In this document: one piece after another, positions 55,586 to 64,000 of the stretch | Numbering within the stretch: position 1 is the stretch's first letter | How the letters are laid out: each line of letters opens with the position of its first letter | Origin: Chloroflexota bacterium | GTDB lineage: Bacteria > Chloroflexota > Dehalococcoidia > Bin125 | Assembly: GCA_028873865.1 (NCBI GenBank) | Contig: JAPPNI010000028.1 | Location: forward strand, 14,598-78,597 | Length of the DNA: 64,000 nucleotides | Direction: 5' to 3' | Position numbers and translations under genes: made by a program | Notes under the pieces: generated by a model | Told to the model about the DNA's origin: nothing | What the model saw: only the letters and a program-made list of their open reading frames with translations | The model's database searches: none

Positions 55586-58234
55586 CTAACCAACCTGCTC
55601 CCGAACCGCATCGACTGCCGAGCCGAGCGCCTCGTCAAGCTTGTCAGCATCGCGGCCGCCGGCCTGCGCCATTTCAGGGCTGCCTCCTCCGCCTCCCCCG
55701 GCGATCCGAGCGATCCCGCCGATCAACTTGCCGGCATTGACGCCACCGGCCACCGCGCCGTCGGTCGCCATGGCGACGAATAGCGGACGATCATTCGCCA
55801 CCGCGCCAAGGACGATGACGCCCTGCCGGTCGCTCTCGCTCAGCCGGCGGCGCACCTCGTCGCCGGCTCGGCGCAGCGCATCGGCGGACTCCACTGCGAC
55901 GCGGCCAACAGCCACGGCGATACCGTCGACATTGGCCGCGCCTTCCGCGATCTGCTCGGCGACTGTCGCGCCAGTCTTCGCCTCGACCGCTTGCAGGCGA
56001 CGCCGCAGTTCTGCGGCCTCAGCCTGCAGTTGAGTGATTCGGTCTCCGGCGGTGTCGGGAGTCGCTCTTACTGCGGACGCAATCTCGGACAGAGCATCCA
56101 GGCGCTGATCGGTCCAATCGGAGGCCGTTGAGCCGGTCAGCGCCTCAATCCGCCGGACACCGGCTCCGACACTGCCTTCCGAGATGATCTGAAACGCCCC
56201 GACAAATCCGGTCGCCGGCGCGTGCGTGCCGCCGCAGAGTTCCTTCGAGAAACAATCGTGCACGTGCGGTGCGGGATCACAGATCTCGACCACGCGGACG
56301 TCGGTTTCGTATTTTTCGCCGAAGATCGCCATCGCACCGGTCTTGAGTGCGTCGTCGTACGACATTTCCGTAGTCGACACAGGAATGTTCTCGCGGATCC
56401 GCTCCTGCACCAGTTGCTGCACTGCGCGGAGATCGGCTGCCGCCGGCGCTTCGGGCTGGGTGTAGTCGAAGCGCAAATGATCCGGCGCGACCAGCGAACC
56501 GGCCTGTCGTACATGGTCGCCCAGTACATGACGCAGCGCCGCGTGAAGCAGGTGCGTCGCTGTGTGATTGCGCGCGGCGTCGGCGCGTCGCCCTTGGCTG
56601 ACGGTTGCCGTCACCTGATCGCCAACGGCGATACCGCCCGAGACCACCTTGCCCGCGTGAGCGATCACATCTCCGAACGCGCGGGTGTCGTCGATATCTA
56701 CTTGCAGATCGCTGCCTCGCAACCAACCAGCGTCGCCGACCTGACCTCCGCCTTCGGGATAGAACGGTGTCCGGTCGAGAACAACGCTGACACTTTCACC
56801 GACCGAGGCCCGTGCAACCCGCTCACCGTCGGCGACGATAGCGACCACCTCGGCCTCGGTTTCAATGGTCTCGTAGCCCGCGAACTCCGTGGCGATCTCA
56901 AGTTCGGCGTAACTGACAGCATCCTCGTCGTAGGCGAAGGTCGCCTGCTGGCGCGAACGCTCTCGCTGCTCCTCCATCGCCGACTCAAACTCTGCCCGCA
57001 CTGCAGCTTCATCCGAGAGGGCATCGTTCTCCCGCGCCACTTCGGCCGTGACCTCGAAGGGCAAGCCGTAGGTGTCGTAGAGCTCGAAGGCGTCACGGCC
57101 GGAGATGGTGCCGGAATCCAGCTCCGCGATGCGGCCTTCCAGCAGCGAGCGGCCGGTCGACAGAGTGCGGCGGAATCGATGTTCCTCCTGGTCGAGCACA
57201 TTTGCGACCAGCGCCGAATGTTCGTCCAGTTCCGGATACCAGGCGCCCATCACGCCTCGAACTTCCACCGCGAGGTCTGAAAGCAGATCATCTTCGATGC
57301 CGAGCGAGTCAGCCATGTAGAGGGCTCTGCGGATCAGTCGGCGCAGGACATACCCGCGACCCTCATTGCCTGGGATCGCCCCGTCGGCGATTAGGAAGGT
57401 CATCGCCCGGCCGTGTTCGGCCACGACACGCATCGCCCGGCGCTCGGCGTCGTTGGCGGTGTGATAGTTACGCTCGCAGCGTTCGCCGATGTAACCCAGT
57501 AGGGGCGCGAAGAGGTCGGTGTCGTACAGGTTGTCCTGGTCCTGGAGCATCATCGCCCAGCGTTCGAGACCGGCGCCGGTGTCGATGCTCTGGGCGGGCA
57601 GGTCGGCCCTCGTGCCGTCGTCGAACCGCGTCCACTGCATGAAGACGAGGTTCCAGATCTCCAACCATTTCTCCTCGGCCTCGGCGGGGCCGGCATCGTC
57701 TCGGTATCCCGGCCGCATGTCGTAGTGCAGCTCGGAACAGGGACCACAGGGACCGGTCGGCCCGGCCGCCCAGAAATTGCCCTGGTCCTCGCCGTAGCGG
57801 TAGATCTTCGAGTCCGGCAGGCCGATCTTCTTCCACTGGTCGTAAGCGAAGTCGTCGTCGGTGAAGACCGTCGCGACGAGCCGCTCGGGCGGAATACCGA
57901 TCACGTCAGTGACCAGCTCCCAGGCCCAGGCCTGCGCTTCGGTCTTGAAGTAGTCGCCCAGCGAGAAGTTGCCCAGCATCTCGAACATGGTCAGGTGCGA
58001 GGCGTCGCCGACCTCGTCGATGTCCGTCGTGCGGAAGCACTTCTGGATCGAAGTCAGGCGATGATGTGGCGGCTGCGCTTCGCCGAGGAAGTACGGCTTG
58101 AAGGGCACCATGCCGGCGCTGGTGAACAACAGAGTCGGATCGCCAGGCGCCGTCAGCGGCGCCGACGCAACGGCGAGGTGGTCGCGATCAACGAAGAAAT
58201 CGGTAAAGGTCTGTCGAATCGTCTGTGCGTCCAT
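55586..58234 (-). CDS. alaS: Alanyl-tRNA synthetase
   Basis: LLFTSAGMVPFK, FEMLGNFS.GDYFK, GPCGPCSE, DTGAGLER, HTATHLLH, ELCGGTH, GGGGG....AQAGG. ATG at 58234. Confidence 0.97.
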   Translation of the reverse strand: MDAQTIRQTFTDFFVDRDHLAVASAPLTAPGDPTLLFTSAGMVPFKPYFLGEAQPPHHRLTSIQKCFRTTDIDEVGDASHLTMFEMLGNFSLGDYFKTEAQAWAWELVTDVIGIPPERLVATVFTDDDFAYDQWKKIGLPDSKIYRYGEDQGNFWAAGPTGPCGPCSELHYDMRPGYRDDAGPAEAEEKWLEIWNLVFMQWTRFDDGTRADLPAQSIDTGAGLERWAMMLQDQDNLYDTDLFAPLLGYIGERCERNYHTANDAERRAMRVVAEHGRAMTFLIADGAIPGNEGRGYVLRRLIRRALYMADSLGIEDDLLSDLAVEVRGVMGAWYPELDEHSALVANVLDQEEHRFRRTLSTGRSLLEGRIAELDSGTISGRDAFELYDTYGLPFEVTAEVARENDALSDEAAVRAEFESAMEEQRERSRQQATFAYDEDAVSYAELEIATEFAGYETIETEAEVVAIVADGERVARASVGESVSVVLDRTPFYPEGGGQVGDAGWLRGSDLQVDIDDTRAFGDVIAHAGKVVSGGIAVGDQVTATVSQGRRADAARNHTATHLLHAALRHVLGDHVRQAGSLVAPDHLRFDYTQPEAPAAADLRAVQQLVQERIRENIPVSTTEMSYDDALKTGAMAIFGEKYETDVRVVEICDPAPHVHDCFSKELCGGTHAPATGFVGAFQIISEGSVGAGVRRIEALTGSTASDWTDQRLDALSEIASAVRATPDTAGDRITQLQAEAAELRRRLQAVEAKTGATVAEQIAEGAANVDGIAVAVGRVAVESADALRRAGDEVRRRLSESDRQGVIVLGAVANDRPLFVAMATDGAVAGGVNAGKLIGGIARIAGGGGGGSPEMAQAGGRDADKLDEALGSAVDAVREQVG

Positions 58235-58366
58235 AGCTTGGAGGCCGCCTCGATGGTTCAATCGCGCACCGGAAGACCAACCCGCGCCAGGCGCGGACTG
58301 CAATTTCCGAGTATACGCAGCGCTCGGCTGGACCAGAGCCACATTTGAGCCGCGTCGTCTCGGTAG

Positions 58367-58396
58367 TTGACAGTCTGCGAATCGTCTACGTAGCGT
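58367..58396 (+). promoter_or_regulatory. Sigma70-type promoter for the glmU operon
   Basis: TTGACA-N18-TAGCGT. Confidence 0.55.
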
Positions 58397-58428
58397 TATT
58401 GCACCGCCCGCTTGCATCGGAGCCCCGC

Positions 58429-59844
58429 TTGAGTTCCGACGACGATCCACCAGAATCCCACCCGTCCGCGCATATCACGGCGGTGGTGTTGGCCGCCGGT
58501 CGCGGTGAGCGTCTGCGCTCGGAACTCCCGAAACCGCTTTTTCCCATTTGTGGCCGCGCGATGTCGTCGCACGTGCTCCACGCTCTTGCCGAGTCGGGGA
58601 TCGGCCGCGCGGTCGTGGTCGTGCCGCCGGGCGAGCGCGGCGAGCGAATCGAGCAGGCATTGCGGGCCGATGCCCCCTGCCTGGAACTCCGCTTCGTCGT
58701 CCAACAGCAACCCAGGGGAACCGCAGACGCGGTGCTCGCGGCGCGCTCGGCAGTCAATACGCCTCTGTTATGCGTCGTGAACGGGGACCTTCCTCTGCTC
58801 ATTCCAGTCCAGATCCGCCCCGTTCTGTGTCAGAGCGACGCGGACGCAGTCATCACCACGGCCGTCGTTGACCATCCCGGGAAGATGGGCCGGATCGTCC
58901 GGGATGAGAAAGGACAGCTTGAGGGCATCGTCGAACATCGCGACGCCGACCGGGCGGAGCGCTCGATCCGGGAGGTCAACGTCGGACTGTACCTGTTCCG
59001 CGCTGAGTTCCTCTGGTCCACTCTTGAACGAATCGCCGAGCAAGCCTCGGACGGTGAAGCCTATGTGACGGACGCGATCCCACGCGCGATCAGGGATGAC
59101 CGCGCAATCGCCGTCGCAGTCGAACTGCCAGACGGCCGGCTCAACGTTGAAACGCCTGCCGACGCTGCAGACGCCGAGCTGGTCGTCAGGCAGCGGATCG
59201 TTGACCGCCTGCTGGAATCGGGCGTTCATATCCGCGACCGGCGCGCAACCTGGATCGATGCGCGAGCGTGGGTTGAGTCTGGCGCCCTCATCGAACCGGG
59301 CTGTCACATCCGAGGACTGTCAACGATCGGGGCTCACTCGAAGATCGGTCCTAACGCGATCATCGAGGATTCTCAGATCGGCAGCCGGTCTGTATTGGAG
59401 TCCTGCACCGTGCGCGGCTCCGACCTCGGAGACCAGGTGGAGGTCGGACCATACTCGACCATCCGGCCTGGCTGTGCGATCGACTCCCATGTCCACATCG
59501 GCACCCACGCCGAACTGAAAGATGCGCGCATCGGTGCACATGTCCAGATCGGACACTTCAGCTACATCGGTGACGCGGATGTCGGCGCCCGAACCAACAT
59601 TGGCGCCGGCGCGATCACCTGCAACTTCGACGGCGAGTCGAAACAGCGGACCGTCATAGGCGAGGACGCCTTCATCGGCTCCGACACGATGTTGGTCGCC
59701 CCGCTCTCGATCGGAAATCGAGCCCGAACCGGCGCCGGAGCGGTAGTCACCCGGGACGTTCCTGACGACGGCAACGCCGTTGGACATCCGGCGCGGCTGA
59801 CGCCTGCCAGACGATCCCGCGCGGGCGAGGAGCGTGGCCCATGA
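58429..59844 (+). CDS. glmU: Bifunctional UDP-GlcNAc pyrophosphorylase / glucosamine-1-P acetyltransferase
   Basis: LAAGRGER..S..PK.L, Q.....GTADAV, GD.P.., hexapeptide repeats, H.SYIGDA, NIGAG.ITCNFDG. TTG at 58429 (SD CGGAG) lies downstream of the promoter. Confidence 0.93.
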   Translation: MSSDDDPPESHPSAHITAVVLAAGRGERLRSELPKPLFPICGRAMSSHVLHALAESGIGRAVVVVPPGERGERIEQALRADAPCLELRFVVQQQPRGTADAVLAARSAVNTPLLCVVNGDLPLLIPVQIRPVLCQSDADAVITTAVVDHPGKMGRIVRDEKGQLEGIVEHRDADRAERSIREVNVGLYLFRAEFLWSTLERIAEQASDGEAYVTDAIPRAIRDDRAIAVAVELPDGRLNVETPADAADAELVVRQRIVDRLLESGVHIRDRRATWIDARAWVESGALIEPGCHIRGLSTIGAHSKIGPNAIIEDSQIGSRSVLESCTVRGSDLGDQVEVGPYSTIRPGCAIDSHVHIGTHAELKDARIGAHVQIGHFSYIGDADVGARTNIGAGAITCNFDGESKQRTVIGEDAFIGSDTMLVAPLSIGNRARTGAGAVVTRDVPDDGNAVGHPARLTPARRSRAGEERGP

Positions 59845-61121
59845 GCGAGAGCTCAATCATTGCCCTGGTCGTTCTCATCCTCGCTGTTGCGCTGCTCGTG
59901 CTCGAGGCGATCGCCGAGGCCGGCGTGATCTCATTGCCACGCTCGCGAGCCCGTCTGCTCGCCAGCCGTCAGCCGGACAGCCGACGCGCAAATCGGTTAA
60001 CGCGAATCACGGCCGACCGGGAACGTGCGCTGGGCTCATTTGCAGTCGGCCGCACCGTCGCGGTTGCCAGCGGTTTCACCGCGATCTTCTACATCGTCAT
60101 TCGCGAGACCGGCTTCCAGTGGGAGTCGTTGGTGGTCACCGGCCTCGTCTCCGCCATCGTCGCCGCCTTGATTCATTCGGTTCCGCGTCGCCTGGCCGCC
60201 ACCTGGCCCGAAGGCTTCGCCATGAACTTCGTTCCCGTCATCGACCTGCTCGATGCCGTCTTCCTGGTTCCTGCCGCGATCCTCGAGGCCCCTGCTCGAC
60301 TGGTCACCGGCCTCGGACGACGACATACCGAAGTCGCGCCGCAACCGACCGACATCGAAGTGTTGATCGAGCAGGAGAACGAGACCATCGCCGATGACGA
60401 GCGCGAGATGATCCGCGGAATCATGACGATCGGCGACCGTATCGTCCGGGAAGCAATGACGCCGAGGCCCGACATCGCCGCGCTGCAGTCGGAAACCGAT
60501 CTGACCAGCGCCGCCAACTTCTTGCTGGAACACGGATTCTCCCGGGTTCCCACCTACGAAGACTCGATCGACAACATCACCGGAATCGTCTACGCCAAGG
60601 ACTTGATGGCCGAGATCCTCAGGCAGCCGCAGCGCGGGATCTCGGAGATCGCACGCGATCCGATTTTCGTCCCTGAATCCAAACTGATCGACGACCTCCT
60701 GCATGAGCTGCGAGGTTCACGCGTTCACATGGCGATCGTGCTCGACGAATACGGCGGCACCGCTGGGCTGATCACCCTGGAAGACATCCTTGAAGAAATC
60801 GTCGGTGAAATCGCCGACGAATACGACCCGGCAGGCGCGGACGACGAAGGCGCTCGGCTGGTCGATGGTGCGCTGATCCTCGACGGGCGCGCGCCCCTGG
60901 CCGCGCTGGAACAGGTCGGTGGACACATCGAGGCAGCCGATTACGACACGGTCGCCGGCCTGGTGTTTGACCGCTTGGGCCGGATCCCCGAGGTCGGCGA
61001 CGAAGTGCAGCTGGGCACGCTCAAAGTGGTGGTCGAGCGGATGAACGGGCGGCGAGTAGTCCAGATGCGGGCAGAATCCGGCGAATCCACCGCGGCTGAC
61101 AACAAGGCCGTCACGCGCTAA
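59841..61121 (+). CDS. Hemolysin/CNNM family protein (DUF21-CBS-CBS-CorC)
   Basis: TM N-terminus, V.E.MTPR.DI, FSRVP.Y....DNI.GI...[33 protein letters not shown]. Confidence 0.92.
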   Translation: MSESSIIALVVLILAVALLVLEAIAEAGVISLPRSRARLLASRQPDSRRANRLTRITADRERALGSFAVGRTVAVASGFTAIFYIVIRETGFQWESLVVTGLVSAIVAALIHSVPRRLAATWPEGFAMNFVPVIDLLDAVFLVPAAILEAPARLVTGLGRRHTEVAPQPTDIEVLIEQENETIADDEREMIRGIMTIGDRIVREAMTPRPDIAALQSETDLTSAANFLLEHGFSRVPTYEDSIDNITGIVYAKDLMAEILRQPQRGISEIARDPIFVPESKLIDDLLHELRGSRVHMAIVLDEYGGTAGLITLEDILEEIVGEIADEYDPAGADDEGARLVDGALILDGRAPLAALEQVGGHIEAADYDTVAGLVFDRLGRIPEVGDEVQLGTLKVVVERMNGRRVVQMRAESGESTAADNKAVTR

Positions 61122-61132
61122 TGTGAGCGCCC

Positions 61133-62242
61133 GTGCCGCACTTCACTCAGCCCTCAGCCGACGATGTTCAGTTTCGGGTGGCGTTCTCTCACGTCACCGG
61201 TATCGGCCCGGCCCGCATGGCCGGGTTGGAGCGATTCTTCGATGGACTCGAGGACGCGTGGCAGGCTGATCGCTCCCAGCTGCGCCAGGCCGGTCTCGAC
61301 AATCGCACCGTCGACGAGATCGAGACCACGCGCGCGACCCTCGATCCCGCTGAGGCTTACCAGCGCACGCTGGAAGCCGGGATTGCAGCGTTGAAGCCCG
61401 ATGATGACGAATATCCGCGACGCCTCCGAGAGATACCCGACCCTCCTCCACTGCTATACGTCCGCGGTGAACTGCTTGAACGAGACGAATGGTCGCTCGC
61501 CGTGGTCGGCACCAGGCGGCCAACCCCGTACGGTGTTCAGGCCACGCGATCTCTTGCGGCCGACTTGGCTGCCGCCGGCTTGACGATCGTGTCGGGGCTG
61601 GCTCGCGGTGTGGACGGCATCGCGCACGAGACCACGCTCGATCAAAACGGCCGGACTCTCGCAGTCGTCGCCAGTGGACTGGACCATGTGTATCCCCCGG
61701 AACACAAACCACTGGCGGGAAGAATCCTCGACAGCGGCGGCGCAATGCTCAGCGAATACCCGCTCGGCAAGCGTCCCGACGCCAGGTATTTCCCGCGCCG
61801 AAACCGGATCATTGCCGGCATGACACTGGGAACACTCGTTACCGAGGCCGGTGAAAAGTCCGGAACCTGGCATACCGTGACCTCAGCGCTCGACCAGGGA
61901 CGTGAGGTCTTCGCGGTTCCCGGACCGATCACTTCCGAGCAGTCGGCCGGCGCGAACAACGTGATCAAGCGCGGCTTGGGTAAGCTCGTCACTTGTGCCC
62001 AGGACGTGCTCGACGAGCTCAACCTGGGTCCCATTGAGCGTCAGGCGGAGTTGGTCGAGCAGTTACCGGAGGATCCGATGGAGGCGCTGTTGCTCGAACG
62101 GCTCGGCAGCGAACCGATCCATGTCGACGAACTCTCGCGTCTGATCCAGCAGCCCGTCCACGAGACGGCCGCCGCCATGGCGACCCTTGAACTCAAAGGT
62201 TTCATTCATCAGGTAGGACCGATGACCTATGCCCGACGCTAG
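61133..62242 (+). CDS. dprA: DNA-processing protein DprA (Smf)
   Basis: [51 protein letters not shown]. Confidence 0.95.
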   Translation: MPHFTQPSADDVQFRVAFSHVTGIGPARMAGLERFFDGLEDAWQADRSQLRQAGLDNRTVDEIETTRATLDPAEAYQRTLEAGIAALKPDDDEYPRRLREIPDPPPLLYVRGELLERDEWSLAVVGTRRPTPYGVQATRSLAADLAAAGLTIVSGLARGVDGIAHETTLDQNGRTLAVVASGLDHVYPPEHKPLAGRILDSGGAMLSEYPLGKRPDARYFPRRNRIIAGMTLGTLVTEAGEKSGTWHTVTSALDQGREVFAVPGPITSEQSAGANNVIKRGLGKLVTCAQDVLDELNLGPIERQAELVEQLPEDPMEALLLERLGSEPIHVDELSRLIQQPVHETAAAMATLELKGFIHQVGPMTYARR

Positions 62243-64000
62243 CGGCGCAGACTCCGGCAGCGGGAAAACGCTCGTGATCGTCGAGTCCGGCGCCAAAGCC
62301 GACACGATCTCGCGTTTCCTTGACGACGACTACGTTGTCAGCGCCTGCTTTGGGCATGTCCGCGACCTGCCGCGCCGCGCCGCCGAGCGACCCGCGAAGA
62401 TCAAGGGCCAACCCTGGGCCGACCTCGCCGTCGACGTCGATCACGGGTTCCAGCCCTACTACATCGTGCCCAGCGAGTCGAAAAAGCACGTCACCCGACT
62501 ACGCAAAGAAATGCGTCAGGCGGACCGTGTCCTGCTGGCGACCGACGAGGATCGCGAAGGCGAATCAATCGGCTGGCACCTGGTCGAGGTGCTCAAGCCG
62601 AAAGTACCCTACGAACGAATCGTGTTCCACGAGATCACTCCGACCGCCATCGAGCAGGCGCTGGAATCACCGCGCGACATCGATGAACACCTGGTCGAAG
62701 CCCAGGAGTCCCGGCGCATCCTCGATCGCCTCTATGGCTACTCGCTCAGTCCCGTGCTCTGGCGGAAGCTCGGCCAGGGGACATCGGCAGGCCGCGTGCA
62801 GAGCGTCGCGCTGCGATTCCTCGTCGACCGCGAGCGCGAGCGCATGGCCTTCGTCAACGCCGAGTACTGGGGCGCCAACGCCGATTTCGTGATCGGCGAC
62901 AGCCAGCTCAGCGGCCGCCTGCTCTCACTGGGCGGCGTCGAACTCGCCAGCCAGACCTCCGACTTCGATCCAGCCACCGGCCAGCTCGCCGCATCGGACA
63001 AGCGCTGGGAGACCGAGGAAACGCTCGAAGACATCCGCCCGGCGCTGGTCGACGCCGACTGGCTGGTCTCGACCATCGCCAAGACCCAGGCGCGAATGCG
63101 TCCTGCCCCTCCGTTCACGACCTCGACCATGCAGCAGGCCGCCTCGAACCGGCTCGGCATGGGCGCCGCCCGCGCCATGGCTGCAGCCCAGCGCCTCTAC
63201 CAGGGCGTCGATCTGGGCGCGGAGCGCGTCGGTCTCATCACCTACATGCGCACCGACTCCGTCACTCTCTCCGATCAGGCCCTCGCCCAGGCTGCCAACT
63301 ACATCCAGACCACCTACGGCGACGACTACCACCAGTTCCGCACCTACAAAACCCGCTCGCGCAACGCGCAGGAGGCCCACGAAGCAATCCGTCCCACCGA
63401 CATCGCCCGCACCCCAGACTCCCTGCGCGGCGTCCTCGACGGAGACGACTTCGCCCTCTACGACCTCATCTGGCGTCGATCCCTGGCCTGCCAGATGGCC
63501 GACGCGCAAGTCGAACGAACCCGAATCGAGCTCGAAGCCCAATTGACCGGCCGGCCCGCCGACGATCCCGCCGTGATGATCGCTAACGGACAGGTCGTCC
63601 TCTTCCCCGGCTGGTACGAAGTCCTGCCCCCACGCGGAGACGGCCAACAACTCCTGCCCGACGTGACTGAGGGTGAACCCGCCCGACTCATGAACTTCGA
63701 GCCCAGGCGCAGCGACTCGCAGCCGCCCGCCCGCTACACCGAAGCGACACTGGTCAAGAAACTCGAGGACGACGGACTCGGCCGACCCAGCACCTACGCC
63801 GCGATCATCAAGACCCTCACCGACCGCAACTACGTCACCCGCAGCGGACGCACGCTCATCCCCACCTTCCTCGGCTTCGGCGTGACTGACCTCCTCACTC
63901 AGCACTTCGCCGACCTCGTAAACGCCGAGTTCACCGCCGACATGGAAGACACGCTCGACCAGATCGCCCGTGGCGAGGCCCGCGCCGAGCAACACCTGCA
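62229..64000 (+). CDS. topA: DNA topoisomerase I (type IA), 3'-truncated by window
   Basis: Read by hand from ATG 62229: LVIVES, GHVRDLP, ATDEDREGE, SAGRVQS, catalytic LITYMRTDS, QEAHEAIRPT, GLGRPSTYA. Absent from the track because no stop falls in the window. Confidence 0.96.
   Translation, partial: MPDASGADSGSGKTLVIVESGAKADTISRFLDDDYVVSACFGHVRDLPRRAAERPAKIKGQPWADLAVDVDHGFQPYYIVPSESKKHVTRLRKEMRQADRVLLATDEDREGESIGWHLVEVLKPKVPYERIVFHEITPTAIEQALESPRDIDEHLVEAQESRRILDRLYGYSLSPVLWRKLGQGTSAGRVQSVALRFLVDRERERMAFVNAEYWGANADFVIGDSQLSGRLLSLGGVELASQTSDFDPATGQLAASDKRWETEETLEDIRPALVDADWLVSTIAKTQARMRPAPPFTTSTMQQAASNRLGMGAARAMAAAQRLYQGVDLGAERVGLITYMRTDSVTLSDQALAQAANYIQTTYGDDYHQFRTYKTRSRNAQEAHEAIRPTDIARTPDSLRGVLDGDDFALYDLIWRRSLACQMADAQVERTRIELEAQLTGRPADDPAVMIANGQVVLFPGWYEVLPPRGDGQQLLPDVTEGEPARLMNFEPRRSDSQPPARYTEATLVKKLEDDGLGRPSTYAAIIKTLTDRNYVTRSGRTLIPTFLGFGVTDLLTQHFADLVNAEFTADMEDTLDQIARGEARAEQHL

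Overview
High-GC, gene-dense chromosomal segment that is almost entirely core genome. The gene set and regulatory motifs suggest Chloroflexota/Dehalococcoidia; this is inferred, not searched. Housekeeping loci: dinB; rnc-smc-esterase-ftsY; CCA-adding enzyme; exonuclease-DinG; large-type SRP RNA then rsmA-ispE; oppD/F and lepA; tRNA-Leu(UAG), tRNA-Lys(CUU), tRNA-Val(GAC); thrS; accC and a biotin carrier; infC-rpmI-rplT; pheS-pheT; moeA; a P450; alaS-ruvX-mltG-aroE-orf-aroC-aroKB-acyP; glmU-CNNM-dprA-topA (topA runs off the end and is missing from the ORF track). No integrase, transposase, prophage or CRISPR array was found. The most unusual signal is non-coding. Two intergenic elements about 16.5 kb apart (about 9699-9930 on +, about 26260-26629 on -) share one layout: a GAAC-N4-GTTC LexA-type palindrome (perfect in one copy, GCAC-N4-GTGC in the other), a -10 hexamer at identical spacing, an RTG-ACC-GTC start about 40 nt later, then a tandem 10-bp repeat CG(G/T/A)ACAAATC. 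This repeat encodes the same IRTNPDKSGQ-type peptide in all three frames. Other highlights: a perfect CIRCE operator in front of an orphan gene, a candidate structured leader that pairs over the rpmI Shine-Dalgarno (SD), a CUG-initiated infC, several apparent pseudoenzymes and small Zn-finger proteins. All product calls come from motif recognition by eye; no database searches were run.
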